From Podarcis gaigeae (lineage: Eukaryota): a stretch of DNA of 64,000 nt. Position numbers and translations under genes: made by a program. Position 1 is the stretch's first letter. Each line of letters begins with the position of its first letter. Below are positions 13,203 through 24,634 of this stretch, piece by piece. The notes beneath the pieces are model-generated. The model was not told where the DNA came from. It did no database searches and worked only from the letters and a program-made list of their open reading frames with translations. The stretch lies in the NCBI GenBank assembly GCA_964106915.2, contig OZ066927.1; one strand, given 5' to 3'.

Positions 13203-13543
13203 AAAGGTAAAGGGACCCCTGACCATTAGGTCCAGTCGTGGCCGACTCTGGGGTTGTGGCGCTCATCACGCTTTATTGGCCGAGGGAGCCGGCACACAGC
13301 TTCTGTGTTATGTGGCCAGCATGACTAAGCTGCTTCTGGTGAACCAGAGCAGCGTACAGAAACGCCATTTACCTTCCCACCGGAGTGGTACCTATTTATC
13401 TACTTGCACTTTGAGGTGCTTTCGAACTGCTAGGTTGGCAGGAGCAGGGACCGAGCAACGGGAGCTCACCCTGTCGCAGGGATTCGAACCGGCGACCTTC
13501 TGATCAGCAAGCCCTAGGCTCTGTGGTTTAACCCACAGCACCA
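13203..13543 (-). mobile_element. Sauria SINE (Squam1), slightly 5'-truncated
   Basis: Reverse complement of the lacertid Sauria SINE with (TTTACC)n tail. 12-bp TSD GGGAACAGGGTA at 13191-13202 and 13544-13555. Confidence 0.93.
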
Positions 13544-13849
13544 GGGAACAGGGTACAAGTGCCAAATCAGCCCATTGAAGGCAGCCCTAGAAGCTTAGCT
13601 GACTATAAGCTCCACGGTACATTGACAAGCTTCACTGCTGGAGAACTACTGTTTTGCTCTTGGAGGTAGCAGCAGCCAGAGACCATCAGTGGAAGAGGTG
13701 AGCTGCTCATCTGGCCTTCCTCCACAATTGCTAGAATTCCTCCTCCTCTTGAGGAAGCCACCCTTTTTGCACCTTTGGTTGGCAAAGGGAAGCCTGCCCC
13801 GTGCCCCATCTCACCTACGCAAATAGTCTGAGCATATTACACCAATCCT

Positions 13850-14335
13850 AGCCCGACTGCACTGGCTGCCAGTTAGTTTCCAGGCTCGATTCAAAGTGCT
13901 GGTTTCAACCTATGAATCCTTAAACGAATCAGGACTGCAATACCTCAAGAAAAGCCTCTCTCCAAATGAACTTTCCCAGACCCTGCCATCTTCATCTGAG
14001 GGCTTTTTTCATATACTCCCTCCATGCGAGTTCCAGAGGGTGGCAACATGAGAACCTCTTCTGTGGTGGCTCCCCCTTTGTGGAATGCTTTCCCCAGGAA
14101 GGCTTGCCTGGCCCCTTCATTGCATATCTTTAGGTGCCAGACAAAAATGTTTCTCAATAACCAGGCCTTTGGCTGACTAAACATTCTATGACCTTTTCAA
14201 TGTGTTTGTGGGAGGAGGGGCTATTGATTTGTTTATGGTTTTTGAATTACGTATCTTGTGTTATTATTTTGTATTTTTATGTTGTGAACCGCCCTGTGAT
14301 CTTCAGATGAAGGGGGGTATACAAATTTTAATAAT
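13850..14335 (+). mobile_element. L2-clade LINE 3' end
   Basis: Translates as LHWLPVSFQARFKVLVSTYESLN (L2 ORF2 C-terminal LHWLP motif), followed by the ...gatgaagggnggtatacaaatttaataat tail. Related pieces at ~19370-19710 (-), 38700-38820, 46140-46265 and 61245-61520. Confidence 0.75.
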
Positions 14336-17300
14336 CTCCATTCCTCGGTCCAATGCTGCCTTCCCAGCACAAGGAGGCTTCCTGTTCTTGGAGGTATCCG
14401 AGGTACTAACCGAGGCAGCCTCCCATCGAGGTTATAAAACGGCAGCAAAACACAACAGGCCTTGTCCAAAGGTCGCTCTCTATTAACACATCATTAGCCT
14501 TGGAAGAGTCCATCATGCGCAGGAGCCAGATGAGATTGTAATTGTTGAACTCCCGAAACAACAAAAGGCCTGTGGGGGCTCCCTAGGAAGCCAAGAGGCA
14601 TTGCATTAAGTTGGGAGGGTGAGAATTAATGCTGTAATAGGTTTGGCTGGAGGCATTGGAGACTTCTGCCAATAAACGCCCTCCTGTAATTCTGAGCTGC
14701 ATCTACAGTGGGTCTGGCAGGTACAACCAGCATAGGATCGGATGATTTCCAAGGGACAACAGCCCCGTGTACCTTCCCTCTTGCTTCCAGCTCCCTTTGG
14801 AACAGTCTTCTATTGAGTTCATCGGGGACAGGCAAAACCAGACCATTACAGTGCTTCAAAAAACAGTGCCTGAATAAGAATCCCAGGGCGGCTGGGGTTT
14901 TTTGTTTTACTTTTTAGAGCATAGCAATCGCTTCTCAGTCGTCGGAGTCCACCTGTTCCCTCCACTCACTCTCAAGTCTTCAGAGAAGCTGACGGCTTTA
15001 CCAGTCTCTTGAGAGTTTACCAGCAAGCCAGTCTGACTGTTTGTACATTAAGAGGTTTTCTCTGGATGGGAATTCCTTTCCAGCAAGCCAGATAATGGAA
15101 CACCTTCTCATTTCAATCCCCAGAAATGCAGCTGAGCATTACCAGCCTCCTTAAAAACAAAACAAAAACCCTTAAGTCTAAAGCTCTTTAGAACTGCTCC
15201 CTTGGGTAGATGAATCAATCAAGGTTTTTTTTCTACCTGTAGATAAAAAAAAAGATGCTGGCATTTCAGCTTTGAGAGTGTGAACCAAAGCCACAAGTTC
15301 CCCTTGTGGCCAACAAGTCAAACAACCCACTGGGGGGAGAGCTGTGGCTTGGTGATAGACTATCTGCTTTGCCAGTAGTAAGTTCCAGGTTCAATCCCTG
15401 CCATCTCCAGGTTGGGCTGGGAGACACTCTCTGCCCGAAACCCTGCAGAGTAGTTGCCAGTCAGGGTAGACCAGGGGTGGAGAACCTCCAGGCTGGAGGC
15501 TAATCTTGGCCCACCAGTGAATCCAGTTAGGTCCACAAAGCCATTATCCTCAAAGCATGCCCATCTGCCCTGATGAGGTCTGGGAGGCCAGGATTTAATC
15601 CTGTTTTGGCTGTGTGCCATGTTCTAAGCAGAGAACTGTGTTGTGTGGTCAAGGCAATCCCTGCTCATCGACTGATGAGTGGAGATTAAAGCACTTCTCA
15701 AAAGCGCTGTTTGAAACAGTTCATGCGTTTCTCCTGAGAGGGGGCAAGAGAAGTGTACAAGCTGCTTCAAACAGCACTTTTGAGAAGTGATGTAAAGCAG
15801 TCCCCATACTCCCATTTCAACTGAAATGTTGAGTGCAAGGGCTGCCTTCAGGCACTTCGCAAAAGCACTGTTTGAAGCACCCCCCCCCTTCATTTAAAGA
15901 AGAAGGGGGTGGCTGCTTCAAATAGCACTTTTAATATTAGACAAGCACCATCTCTGTTGTCTTTTTGGCACCTACCACAGACCTTCCTCTTTCACTAAAC
16001 CTTTTGAAGGTTGTATCTGTAGTGGAATTGTCTTTAGATGTTTTTATTGTTTTATCTTTTGTGTGTTTAATGCCCTGGATTCTTTGGAGAGGAAGGAGTA
16101 AGAGGGGTATAAGTTTAACTGATCGATTGACAACAACAACAACAGCAACAACATTATTATTAAAAGCCAATGACTTCAGTAGAGATCCTGTAAAAAGGTC
16201 TGTTTCCCATAGACAGTTAAGTCAGAAACAAGAAATCTAGTAGCTAGACAACCTACATTAATACTGGGTCCTAACCTTTGCCAGACAAACTTACTTGGAG
16301 GAGACTTTCCAGTTTTCTTTAGAAGGCATTTGTTATGCAGGCAGCAAAGCTGGAGTGCGAGCTGTCCCTTGGCCCAGCTCCGCCTGCATTTTCTTGAGCC
16401 ACGCACATGTCTATATCATGGGACTCCAGGAATTTCCTCCAGCTCTCAGATGGAGAGTGGAAGCTGCTGGCGGGACAGAAGCACTCTGTCCAACAGACTT
16501 GCTCCATGACCTAAAAAAATGCACAGGTGGTTAACAAAACTTCAGCCATTTCTCTCTCGCTCGCTTGCTGTTTTACAGCCTGCAAATTCATTTGCTTCCC
16601 CACACGTTTCTCCCTGGCAAAAATGCATAAGGTGCATCCAAGACAAGTCTACTTTCTTTTCCATGAATAATTGCAGTCGCCAGTTGCTCCAGCAGTAATT
16701 ATTCAACTTTGAGGGTAATTAATACATGCTGTGCCTTGCAAAGCTGCCTTATACTCAGTCAAGACCATTGCTCCAACCAGCCTAACCCAGTGCTGATGAA
16801 CAGCAGCTCTCTGGTGACCCGAGCAGAGATTTCCCTCAGCTCTGCTGTTAGAAATCCTTTTGTTGAGATGCCAGAGCCGCCTCATTCCTCTTTTTATCTA
16901 GCAGCGACATATCACAGCAAATTTCCCAAATGGTCTTGGGTCCTCTTTCCAGAAGGAAAGTGCCCACTGCATCCTCCCTCCAAGCTTCAGGCTCTGTAAT
17001 CTGACTGCAATGCCATATTTCTGTCAGAAGAGAAGTCTGGGGACGGAGGGAGGGAAAACCAGTTGCATCTCAAAAACCAGTTGCATGACTACTTCCCCGT
17101 TCCTTGATTTTAATAGGGACACTACATCACTGCCCGTTAGCTACACTTCTTTGAACAGGGACAAGCATACTTATGAGATAACTTGCATTTGGTCACATGG
17201 CAACCGTCCTAATCTCTCATTTTGCGATGTTTGGTCTCAAACAATAATCAAATTATTACTGACAGTATAACTGAAGGTTCCAACAAAACAGGACTAATGA

Positions 17301-20300
17301 TATGTGCGCACACATGTAGGTTTATTAGAAGTTGGGCTCAGCAAAGCAAAATATTTCCCTATCATCACCTCCCACATTTTTAATGCTTTATTGTTAATTG
17401 TTTTATTTCCTGCCAGCTACATCTCTTCCCTGCTTCTCTGTAGAAGAGGTTCAGGCAACCTTTAAGCCCTCCAGATGTTGCTGACTACAATTCCCATCAG
17501 CCCTGAGCATGGCCCATACTTGCTGAGGTACATACTTGCTGTAGTTCGGGAACACCTGGATGGCCAAAAGTTCCCCATACCCAGTGGTGTGCCGTCAGGA
17601 GACTAGGCTAGTCCACTAAATGTTCCCAGTAAATTAGAGTATTAAAGTATTAAATCCTGGTGTCTCCTTCCCAAAGCCTAGGACTCATCTGCCTGGCTTA
17701 GGGAGGGAGGCACAATACTTCAACATGGTCCAAGAGCCACCTTCCCAAAGTCCACCCAGATTTGGGAAGGAGTCGGAAGGGCTCTAGCATCCTGTCCAGC
17801 TTAGGGAGGCATGATGCTCTCGCACACAATGTCAGGACAACATCACACACATGATGTCCCCAACATCACCCTTGCAAGCTGGCGCCTCTGCCAATAACTG
17901 TACCCCTAAGAAAAATTTCACTGCATGCCACTGCCCTACCCATACCCTATCCAGAACATAGATCTAAGGCAGGCTACAGATCAGCAAAACTAACACCACT
18001 AAAACCATCATAAAAGAGCATTGCAGAACTGAGGTTGGGCTAAATTATTCCCAGGATCACCACCAACAATATGATTCAGTAGTTGTAAGACTGGGGTTTG
18101 GAGAAGAAGAGGCCCACTGAAATGGTCAGACCCATTTCTTTTGCTAAGCCAACAGCCTTACGTACGCAATTCTACTACATAACTTCTTTTGTTACGAAAA
18201 CAAGGGGCAATTTGTTGCCAAAGAAATAGAGGGTGCTTCGAGGCAGGCAGCTCCTTCAGTCAATTCTTTTTCCCACGTAAGCTGTGTGTGGAATTGCTGT
18301 TGACTTTCCACAGCCTAACCTGGTGATGCTGGCATGGGGGGTCTTTGCATGCAAATCATGCGCTCTACTGCCACAAGTCTCGAGTTTGGGCCCTGAGGGG
18401 AATTTGGAGATGGTGAGGTCAGGGAAATCAGCCAGGAGGCTGGCACTACCGCTTCCAGCATATGCTACCTCAGACTTCTTAGAACCCTATTTTGGCATTT
18501 AATGGTATATGAAGTTGTAAAATAAATAAACAAACCCACCTAATGATAGGGCCAGCCCCAAGGACAGGCTATGTGGCACACAAAGCTCTTGACTTCCAAA
18601 ATCTCGTCACTTTGCAGCCGCCTTCAGCGAATGGTAGGACCACTTCTGCCAACACTCCCATTTGTGGTGGGGATTAGGTATTTCCTGGCCTCAGACTGTC
18701 TGAGCACCACACAGGCATCTTTTCTTGTGGCCCCTAATTACACAGATCCACCCTGACCCTATTTCGTCTCCTCAGCAGCAGCTGTACCAATTTGTGACCA
18801 GAATATATAGTGGAAAACAGGGCTTATTACATTCACAAGGAGCTTGTGAGGAGACATTTCGTTATAATCTATGGCAACAGCATCACCTGCTGACTAATTG
18901 TTAAATTGCTCCTTCAACGTTTTCATCCTGAGGGAAAATTTGCACCTTGCTTGAGGGAAATTTTCCCTTGAGATAAAGGACACTTGTCAAAAAGAAAATG
19001 AGGGATACTCATCACAAACATGGCAGTGAACTGGAATCACAACCAATACTTTGCCAAATTTTATGCCTTAAATAACCTGTTACTGAATAAGGCAAATAAC
19101 CCAGAATCACTGTACCCAGAATCACTGAGTGGGATGAGATGTAAAAATTCCAGAATTTTGAAGCCATGGGGGAAGTGTTTGTATTTTCCCCTCCTATCTG
19201 TTCTCGAGGGGGTGATTTTAAAAATGCAACCATTACTTCCTTATCAAGCCTAAACTTATCTTTCTGTTTTAACAACGTGAAATGCATCATATCTAAGTTA
19301 GTTGTTAATAATAACAACAACCAAATATTAAATGTAAATATTTAATATTTGGTTGTTGTTGTTATTATTATTATTATTAATTAAATTTGTATAATGCCCT
19401 TCATCCACAGATTTCAGGGTGGTTCGTAACATAAAAATACAGAATAAAACCACAAGGTGCACAGTAAAAACAAGAACAAAAATAAATGAAACAATAACCT
19501 CCGCTTAAAATGACATAGAGTCTATGTCATAGACTCTCAATCAGCTAAAGGCCTGGTTGAAGAGGAACGTTTTCGCCTGGTGTCTAAAAGTGTACAATGA
19601 AGGCGACAGCTGAACCTCCCTGGGGAGAGCATTTCCACAAACAGGGAGCCACTGCAGAAAAGGCCCATTTTTCATGGAGGAGGCACCCAAAGAAGGGCCT
19701 CAGTTGATGAATGCAGAGTCCGTGTCCTTGTTGGGTCAGCAAGCAGGACGTGTGAGCAGCAGTGAACTTGTGATACCCGTCTAATGGCATTCCTCCAGCA
19801 ATGGAAGTAGAACATAGCCCCCGTTGGCTAGTAGTCATTCATAGCCTCATCTGCCATGAATCTTGGACTTCAACTCCCAGCAACACCCAGAGGGCCTCAG
19901 GCTCTCCATTCCATTCCTGACCTCAAGATTACTATCTATCCTTTAATATGAGTGCCGTAGAATATCCAACTATAGATAAAGAAATACAAGGAGGACATCT
20001 GACATTGAATCTGCTCCCCCAAGGGATAGCCCCACTGATCCTCTGCGACCAATTCCAGTCAGGCTGGCAGACTGCAGTTCTAAACACCCTCCAGAAACTG
20101 GGTTTTGCCCCTCAAGGCCTTCTAAGTCTGGGCTTGGGCCAGGCAAAAGCCATGGTCAGTTGAAGTCCAAGGAAGATGACATAGGTAGGGTATATCTGGT
20201 TTGCTTGCACAAGTCCAATCCCTGGCATCAGGTAGGGCTGGGAAAGACCTCTGTTGATAGCCAATGTGGTGACCTCCAGATGCTGTTGGACTGCAATTTC

Positions 20301-20504
20301 CATCAGCCCTGATCATTTGTTTATGGTATCTCGGACTGATGGGAGTTGTAGTCCAATGACATCTGGAGGCTTCCACCACACTGGCTACCCCTGGTGTAGA
20401 CAATGCTAACTTGGTATAAGGAAGCTTCATATGTTCTTCTAAGTACAGCAAGAGATGGCAAGCCTGTTGTCCTTCACTAAAGCTAACCTGTTGTCCCATT
20501 AGAC

Positions 20505-20628
20505 CAGTGTTTCCCAAACTTCGACCTCTAGCTGTTTTTGGAATACAACTCCCACCATCCCTAGCTAGCAAGGGATGATGGGAATTGTAGTCCAAAAGCA
20601 GCTGGAGACCCAAGTTTGGGAAACACAG
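20505..20628. mobile_element. hAT MITE
   Basis: TIR CAGTGTTTCCCAAACTT / AAGTTTGGGAAACACAG; exact 8-bp TSD CATTAGAC at 20497-20504 and 20629-20636. Confidence 0.88.
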
Positions 20629-22057
20629 CATTAGACAAAGCAAAATATTAAAAATTGCAAAAAAAAAAAAACCATACGCTAAGTGGCAGAGGTTACCAGC
20701 ACAAAAGGATTATAAAAAAAACCTCCCTTTCACTGGCCACCTTTGAGTTCTGAAAATGCCTTGACTCTTTGCCATTGATCTCATTAGGAGGGATTCCCAC
20801 ATGGCCAACTATGATGAAAAAGACAACCTGCCATCTCACTAGGCTCCGCTTTTTATTAATCCCAGATTAGGAATCACGTCGAAAGTAATAATCGCTCAAA
20901 CGATTTATGGGTTGCAATATCTAATTGTGCAAGTACTGGACAAAGCTTTCAAGTTGGATGCCAATTTGAACAGCTGCAGCCTGAGCTTTGGCTGCAGAAC
21001 ACCCAAGTGTTTTTAGAATGATATATGCAAAACAAAGGGAAGTCCAGTCTAGGGCTCTGGAGAATTATCATTATAACAGTTATATATAGGGAGGCAGGAC
21101 AAATCTGACTCAGTTTGGATTTAAAGGCAAGCCCATTTAATTTGTACTTTCCAGAATAATACACAAACCAAAATGCAGCCATCCTTCAAAATTCACACTT
21201 CAAATTTTGCAAGGCAGTTCTTTAGTAGAGTAAAGTGTGCAAAAAATCATATACCAGAGTAAAGTGTGCATACAAGTGAAAACAGCATACAAAAATGCAT
21301 TATACAATGGGAAATTGTTTTGTGAATATTACACAAAATTGCATACAAGAATGTGTATATTAGGAGAAATTTGCACTAAAATGCTGGTGCCTTTTCCATG
21401 TGGACTTAAAAAAAAATAGCAGCAAAGCGATGCGGAAATGTGAAGAACTGAATTAAATATTGAAAAAGTGAGAAACAGAGAGAAATAGAGACTGACAGAT
21501 TCGTCTACCTTTTATCCTGCTTCATCCTCGTGACAATTATGTTTCCGTTTATTTTAAATACTGATGAACTGCTAGACATTTAGAAGTATCATAGAACATC
21601 ATACAACAAAGCAGGTAATATAAGGTTCCAAAAATGGAGATAAGTTCCTATCAGTGAATAGACTTGCTCATCTAGTAAGGGCTGGGTAATTTTTTGTAAG
21701 GTGTATGAATAGGATGAAACCTATGCCTGTCTAATTTTGAGAGAAGATGTGCTCCACAGGGCAGCTGCACTAAAGGTTTAGTCTGAAAAGTCACACATCA
21801 TATTGTATTTTTGTCAAGTTGCCTTGAGACTTTTTATTGTAAAAAGCAACTGATGAAATGAAATCTAATGAAATGAATAATAATAATAATTTAAAAAAAA
21901 CTTGGGTCCCAAAACAAACTGAGTCCCAAGTTTGTTTAGTTAAGAGTCATGCCTGCTTTCGCCCAAAACCACACACATGTGATAACACATGTGAGGCTGT
22001 CAGTAGTTTTGTCACATACAAAATTCTCCATCCAAGGAACATCTTATTAAAAATCAG

Positions 22058-22128
<71 letters not shown>

Positions 22129-22129
22129 A
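22058..22129. repeat. (GAAA)n microsatellite
   Basis: About 17-18 tandem GAAA units. Confidence 0.95.
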
Positions 22130-23093
22130 AATGCCAAGGTAAACAGACCAGTGCCAAATTTACATACCTCGCTCAAATCAGCTTCTCCCCAGGCAGTGAT
22201 GTTGCGATAGCTGGAATTAATTCACCGCGGAGGAACACACATACCCCCTGTGTAGAAGGTTAGATTGCAAGGTCTTTGGGGCAAAGATCCTTCAACTTGC
22301 ATGTTTAAGCGCCTTGCCCATGAATGCTGCTCTATTAAAAAAAGAAAGATTTCAAGAGAGGAAAGACAGAAAAGCCTATTTAATTCTTTGCCAACCTGGT
22401 GTCATCCAGATGTTTTGGATTACAACTCCCATTAGCCCCAGACAGCACGCAGACCCAGTTGGGATCCAGAACATCTGGAGGGCACTGGGTTGGCAAAGGC
22501 TGGTCTAATGCATGCCATATTGTTTGATCCAGACCAAAGTCATGGGCAATGCACAATCAGTTCCAAAACAACAGGTTGTTGTTCTCCAGCTCTGTGCCTG
22601 AAGTCTGCTGCTAAAACCTGAATTGTTCTTTTGATCAGCAAAAGACTCCTAATAGCCTGGCCAATTGCGTGGTCCAACAATGGCAGAGGCCAAGGAGAAC
22701 CCAGTTTTACCAAGCCAGTGGCCAAGCAGATGTCTCTTCAGAAGCTCACCAGCAGAACCAGGGACTCCCAGAGGGGTTATGGGGCCTGGGGCATGTGCAA
22801 CTTGGAGTTCCCCTACAAGAACTCAAGAATGTGTGTACAAAGGGAGGCATGTGAAAATTATTGCTTGCATGGACTGCGTGCGAGAAGCAGAAATCTCACA
22901 TGCAGCTCTTGGAAAAAGGAGGGCAATTCCCTGGCTAGAGCTGGCACAGTTTACATCAGAGATAAGCTGGAAGAACATAGTAAACGTGTACAATGGTACC
23001 TCTTACAGATAGGTAGCCGTGTTGGTCTGCCATAGTCAAAACAAAAAAAATTCCTTCCAGTAGCACCTTAAAGACCAACTAAGTCAGTTCTTG

Positions 23094-23131
23094 GTATGAG
23101 CTTTCTAGTGCATGCACACTTCTTCAGATAC
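23094..23131 (-). ncRNA. Second hammerhead copy, antisense, with the base of stem II mutated
   Basis: Minus strand reads GTAT CTGAAGA A GTGTGCATGCACTA GAAA GCTC ATAC. CACAC to CACTA breaks the two stem II pairs next to the core. Confidence 0.65.
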
Positions 23132-23331
23132 ACCTCATATCAAGAACTGACTTAGTTGGTCTTTAAGGTGCTACTGGAAGGATTTTTTTTTGTTTTGACT
23201 ATGGCAGACCAACACGGCTACCTATCTGTAACTGGAACTATGGAAGGCACCACATTGAGCCGCATGAAATGGAAGTCCATCAACCTCACCAAGAAACTTG
23301 CACAGGTACAGACTGATATCTTCTTTCTCGT

Positions 23332-23369
23332 GTATCTGAAGAAGTGTGCATGCACACGAAAGCTCATAC
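23332..23369 (+). ncRNA. Minimal type I hammerhead ribozyme (PLE-associated)
   Basis: Stem I GTAT (23332-35) / ATAC (23366-69); core CTGAAGA (23336-42) plus one extra A; stem II GTGTG-CATG-CACAC (23344-57); GAAA (23358-61); palindromic AGCT in place of helix III; predicted UC cleavage after 23365. Confidence 0.8.
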
Positions 23370-23732
23370 CAAGAACTGACTTAGTTGGTCTTTAAGGTGC
23401 TACTGAATGGTACCTCTGGTTACATACTTAATTCGTTCCAGAGGTCCATTCTTAACCTGAAACTGTTCTTATCCTGAAGCACCACTTTAGCTAATGGGGC
23501 CTCCTGCTGCTGCCGCGCGATTTCTGTTCTCATCCTGAAGCAAAGTTCTTAACCCAAGGTACTATTTCTGGGTTAGCGGAGTCTGTACTGTATCAAAAAT
23601 ATGCGCCAAAATTAGAAAGCAAGGAACAAAATTAAGTTAGAAACACTTTCTGTGTCTAGGTGCATGCAACAGGAATTGCAGGTCTAAGCAAAGTCTTCCT
23701 TGTCTTCACTGATGCAAAGTTATCCTGACTTG

Positions 23733-24416
23733 AGAGCCAGTGCAGTGTAGTGGTTAGAGTGCTGGCCTATGACCTAGGAGCCCTGGGTTCAAATCCCCTG
23801 CCTTCAACCAGAAATATGGAGAGAATGATACTGGACTATTTTACAGCCTTGTTGCAAATTTACTAAACTGATTTTAGGCCTAGGGCTTGGAAAGACCCTG
23901 GGGGTTCAGACCCGCGTGACCTCACCCAGTCGCTGTCTCCCAGCCTTACCTACCTACCCTGCAGGGTTGTTGTGAGGCTAAAACGGGGAAGGGGAGGCAA
24001 AACAAGGGCACCCCCTTGAACTCTAAAGGTAACGGGATCCCTGACCATTAGGTCCAGTTGTGACCGACTCCAGGGTTGTGGCACTCATCTTGCTTTATTG
24101 GCCGAGGGAGCCAGCGTACAGCTTCCGGGTCATGTGGCCAGCATGACTAAGCTGCTTCTGGCAAACCAGAGCAGCGCACGGAAACGCCGTTTACCTTCCT
24201 GCCAGAGCGGTACCTATTTATCTACTTGCACTTTGACGTGCTTTTGAACTGTAAGGAAGGCAGGAGCAGGGACTGAGCAACAGGAGCGCAACCCGTCGCG
24301 GGGATTTGAACCGCCAACCTTCTGATCAGAAAGTCCTAGGCTCTGTGGTTTAACCCACAGTGCCACCCATGTCCCATCTTTGGAGGAGAGGGTGGTATAA
24401 AAATGCAGTAAATAAA
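23733..24416 (+). mobile_element. Squam3-like tRNA-derived SINE pieces; 3' part split by a Sauria SINE
   Basis: Head gagagccagt...tagtggttagagtg...gggttcaaatccc. Body and tail (gggttgttgtgagg...ccttgaactc[insert]tttggaggagagggtggtataaaaat) align with the uninterrupted copy at ~31870-32085. Confidence 0.6.
24025..24375 (-). mobile_element. Sauria SINE, full length
   Basis: Colinear with 31117-31472 from the GGTAA tail to the ...gtccc 5' end. Confidence 0.92.
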
Positions 24417-24634
24417 CAAGGCTGCATCCCCTGTTCCTAGGAATCTGGCTGCAACAATTACCTCATATTCATGACAGCAATTATGAAGCGGCCTTCATAC
24501 GAGGCCCCAGCAAGCTCAAGGCCCCTGCTACTGCTGCTAGAGAACTGCCTTTCCCCACACCTTCCAATATCTATGGGGAGCAAGGAAAGAAGGGGGTTAA
24601 AAAACAAACAAACAAGGCTGCTGTTCCTTTAAGG

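Larger units (their letters stand above)
23004..23405 (+). mobile_element. Penelope-like element (PLE) pseudo-LTR composite: inverted pLTR, pLTR with ORF start, tandem pLTR
   Basis: 12-bp TSD AATGGTACCTCT at 22992-23003 and 23406-23417. 23003-23100 is the reverse complement of 23134-23231. ATG 23240 opens MEGTTLSRMKWKSINLTKKLAQVQTDIFFL, resembling the N-terminus of reptile PLE ORFs as I recall them. Hammerhead motif present. Confidence 0.85.
22991..23590. mobile_element. Tigger-like MITE disrupted in its left TIR by a Penelope-like insertion; right TIR internally deleted
   Basis: TA|CAATGGTACCTCT at 22989-23003. The body resumes at 23406 and matches the 33816/55411/57160 family. It ends ...tctgta ctg|TA at 23590. 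Confidence 0.85.

Noticed and set aside
15671-15700. Other CTGATGA occurrences (e.g. 15671, 26640, 53103) as hammerheads or snoRNA boxes
   Set aside because: No stem II plus GAAA plus stem I arrangement, and no paired C/D boxes with a terminal stem.
20122-20643. 173-aa minus-strand ORF
   Set aside because: It runs through two MITEs and a SINE fragment, so it is a chance open frame.
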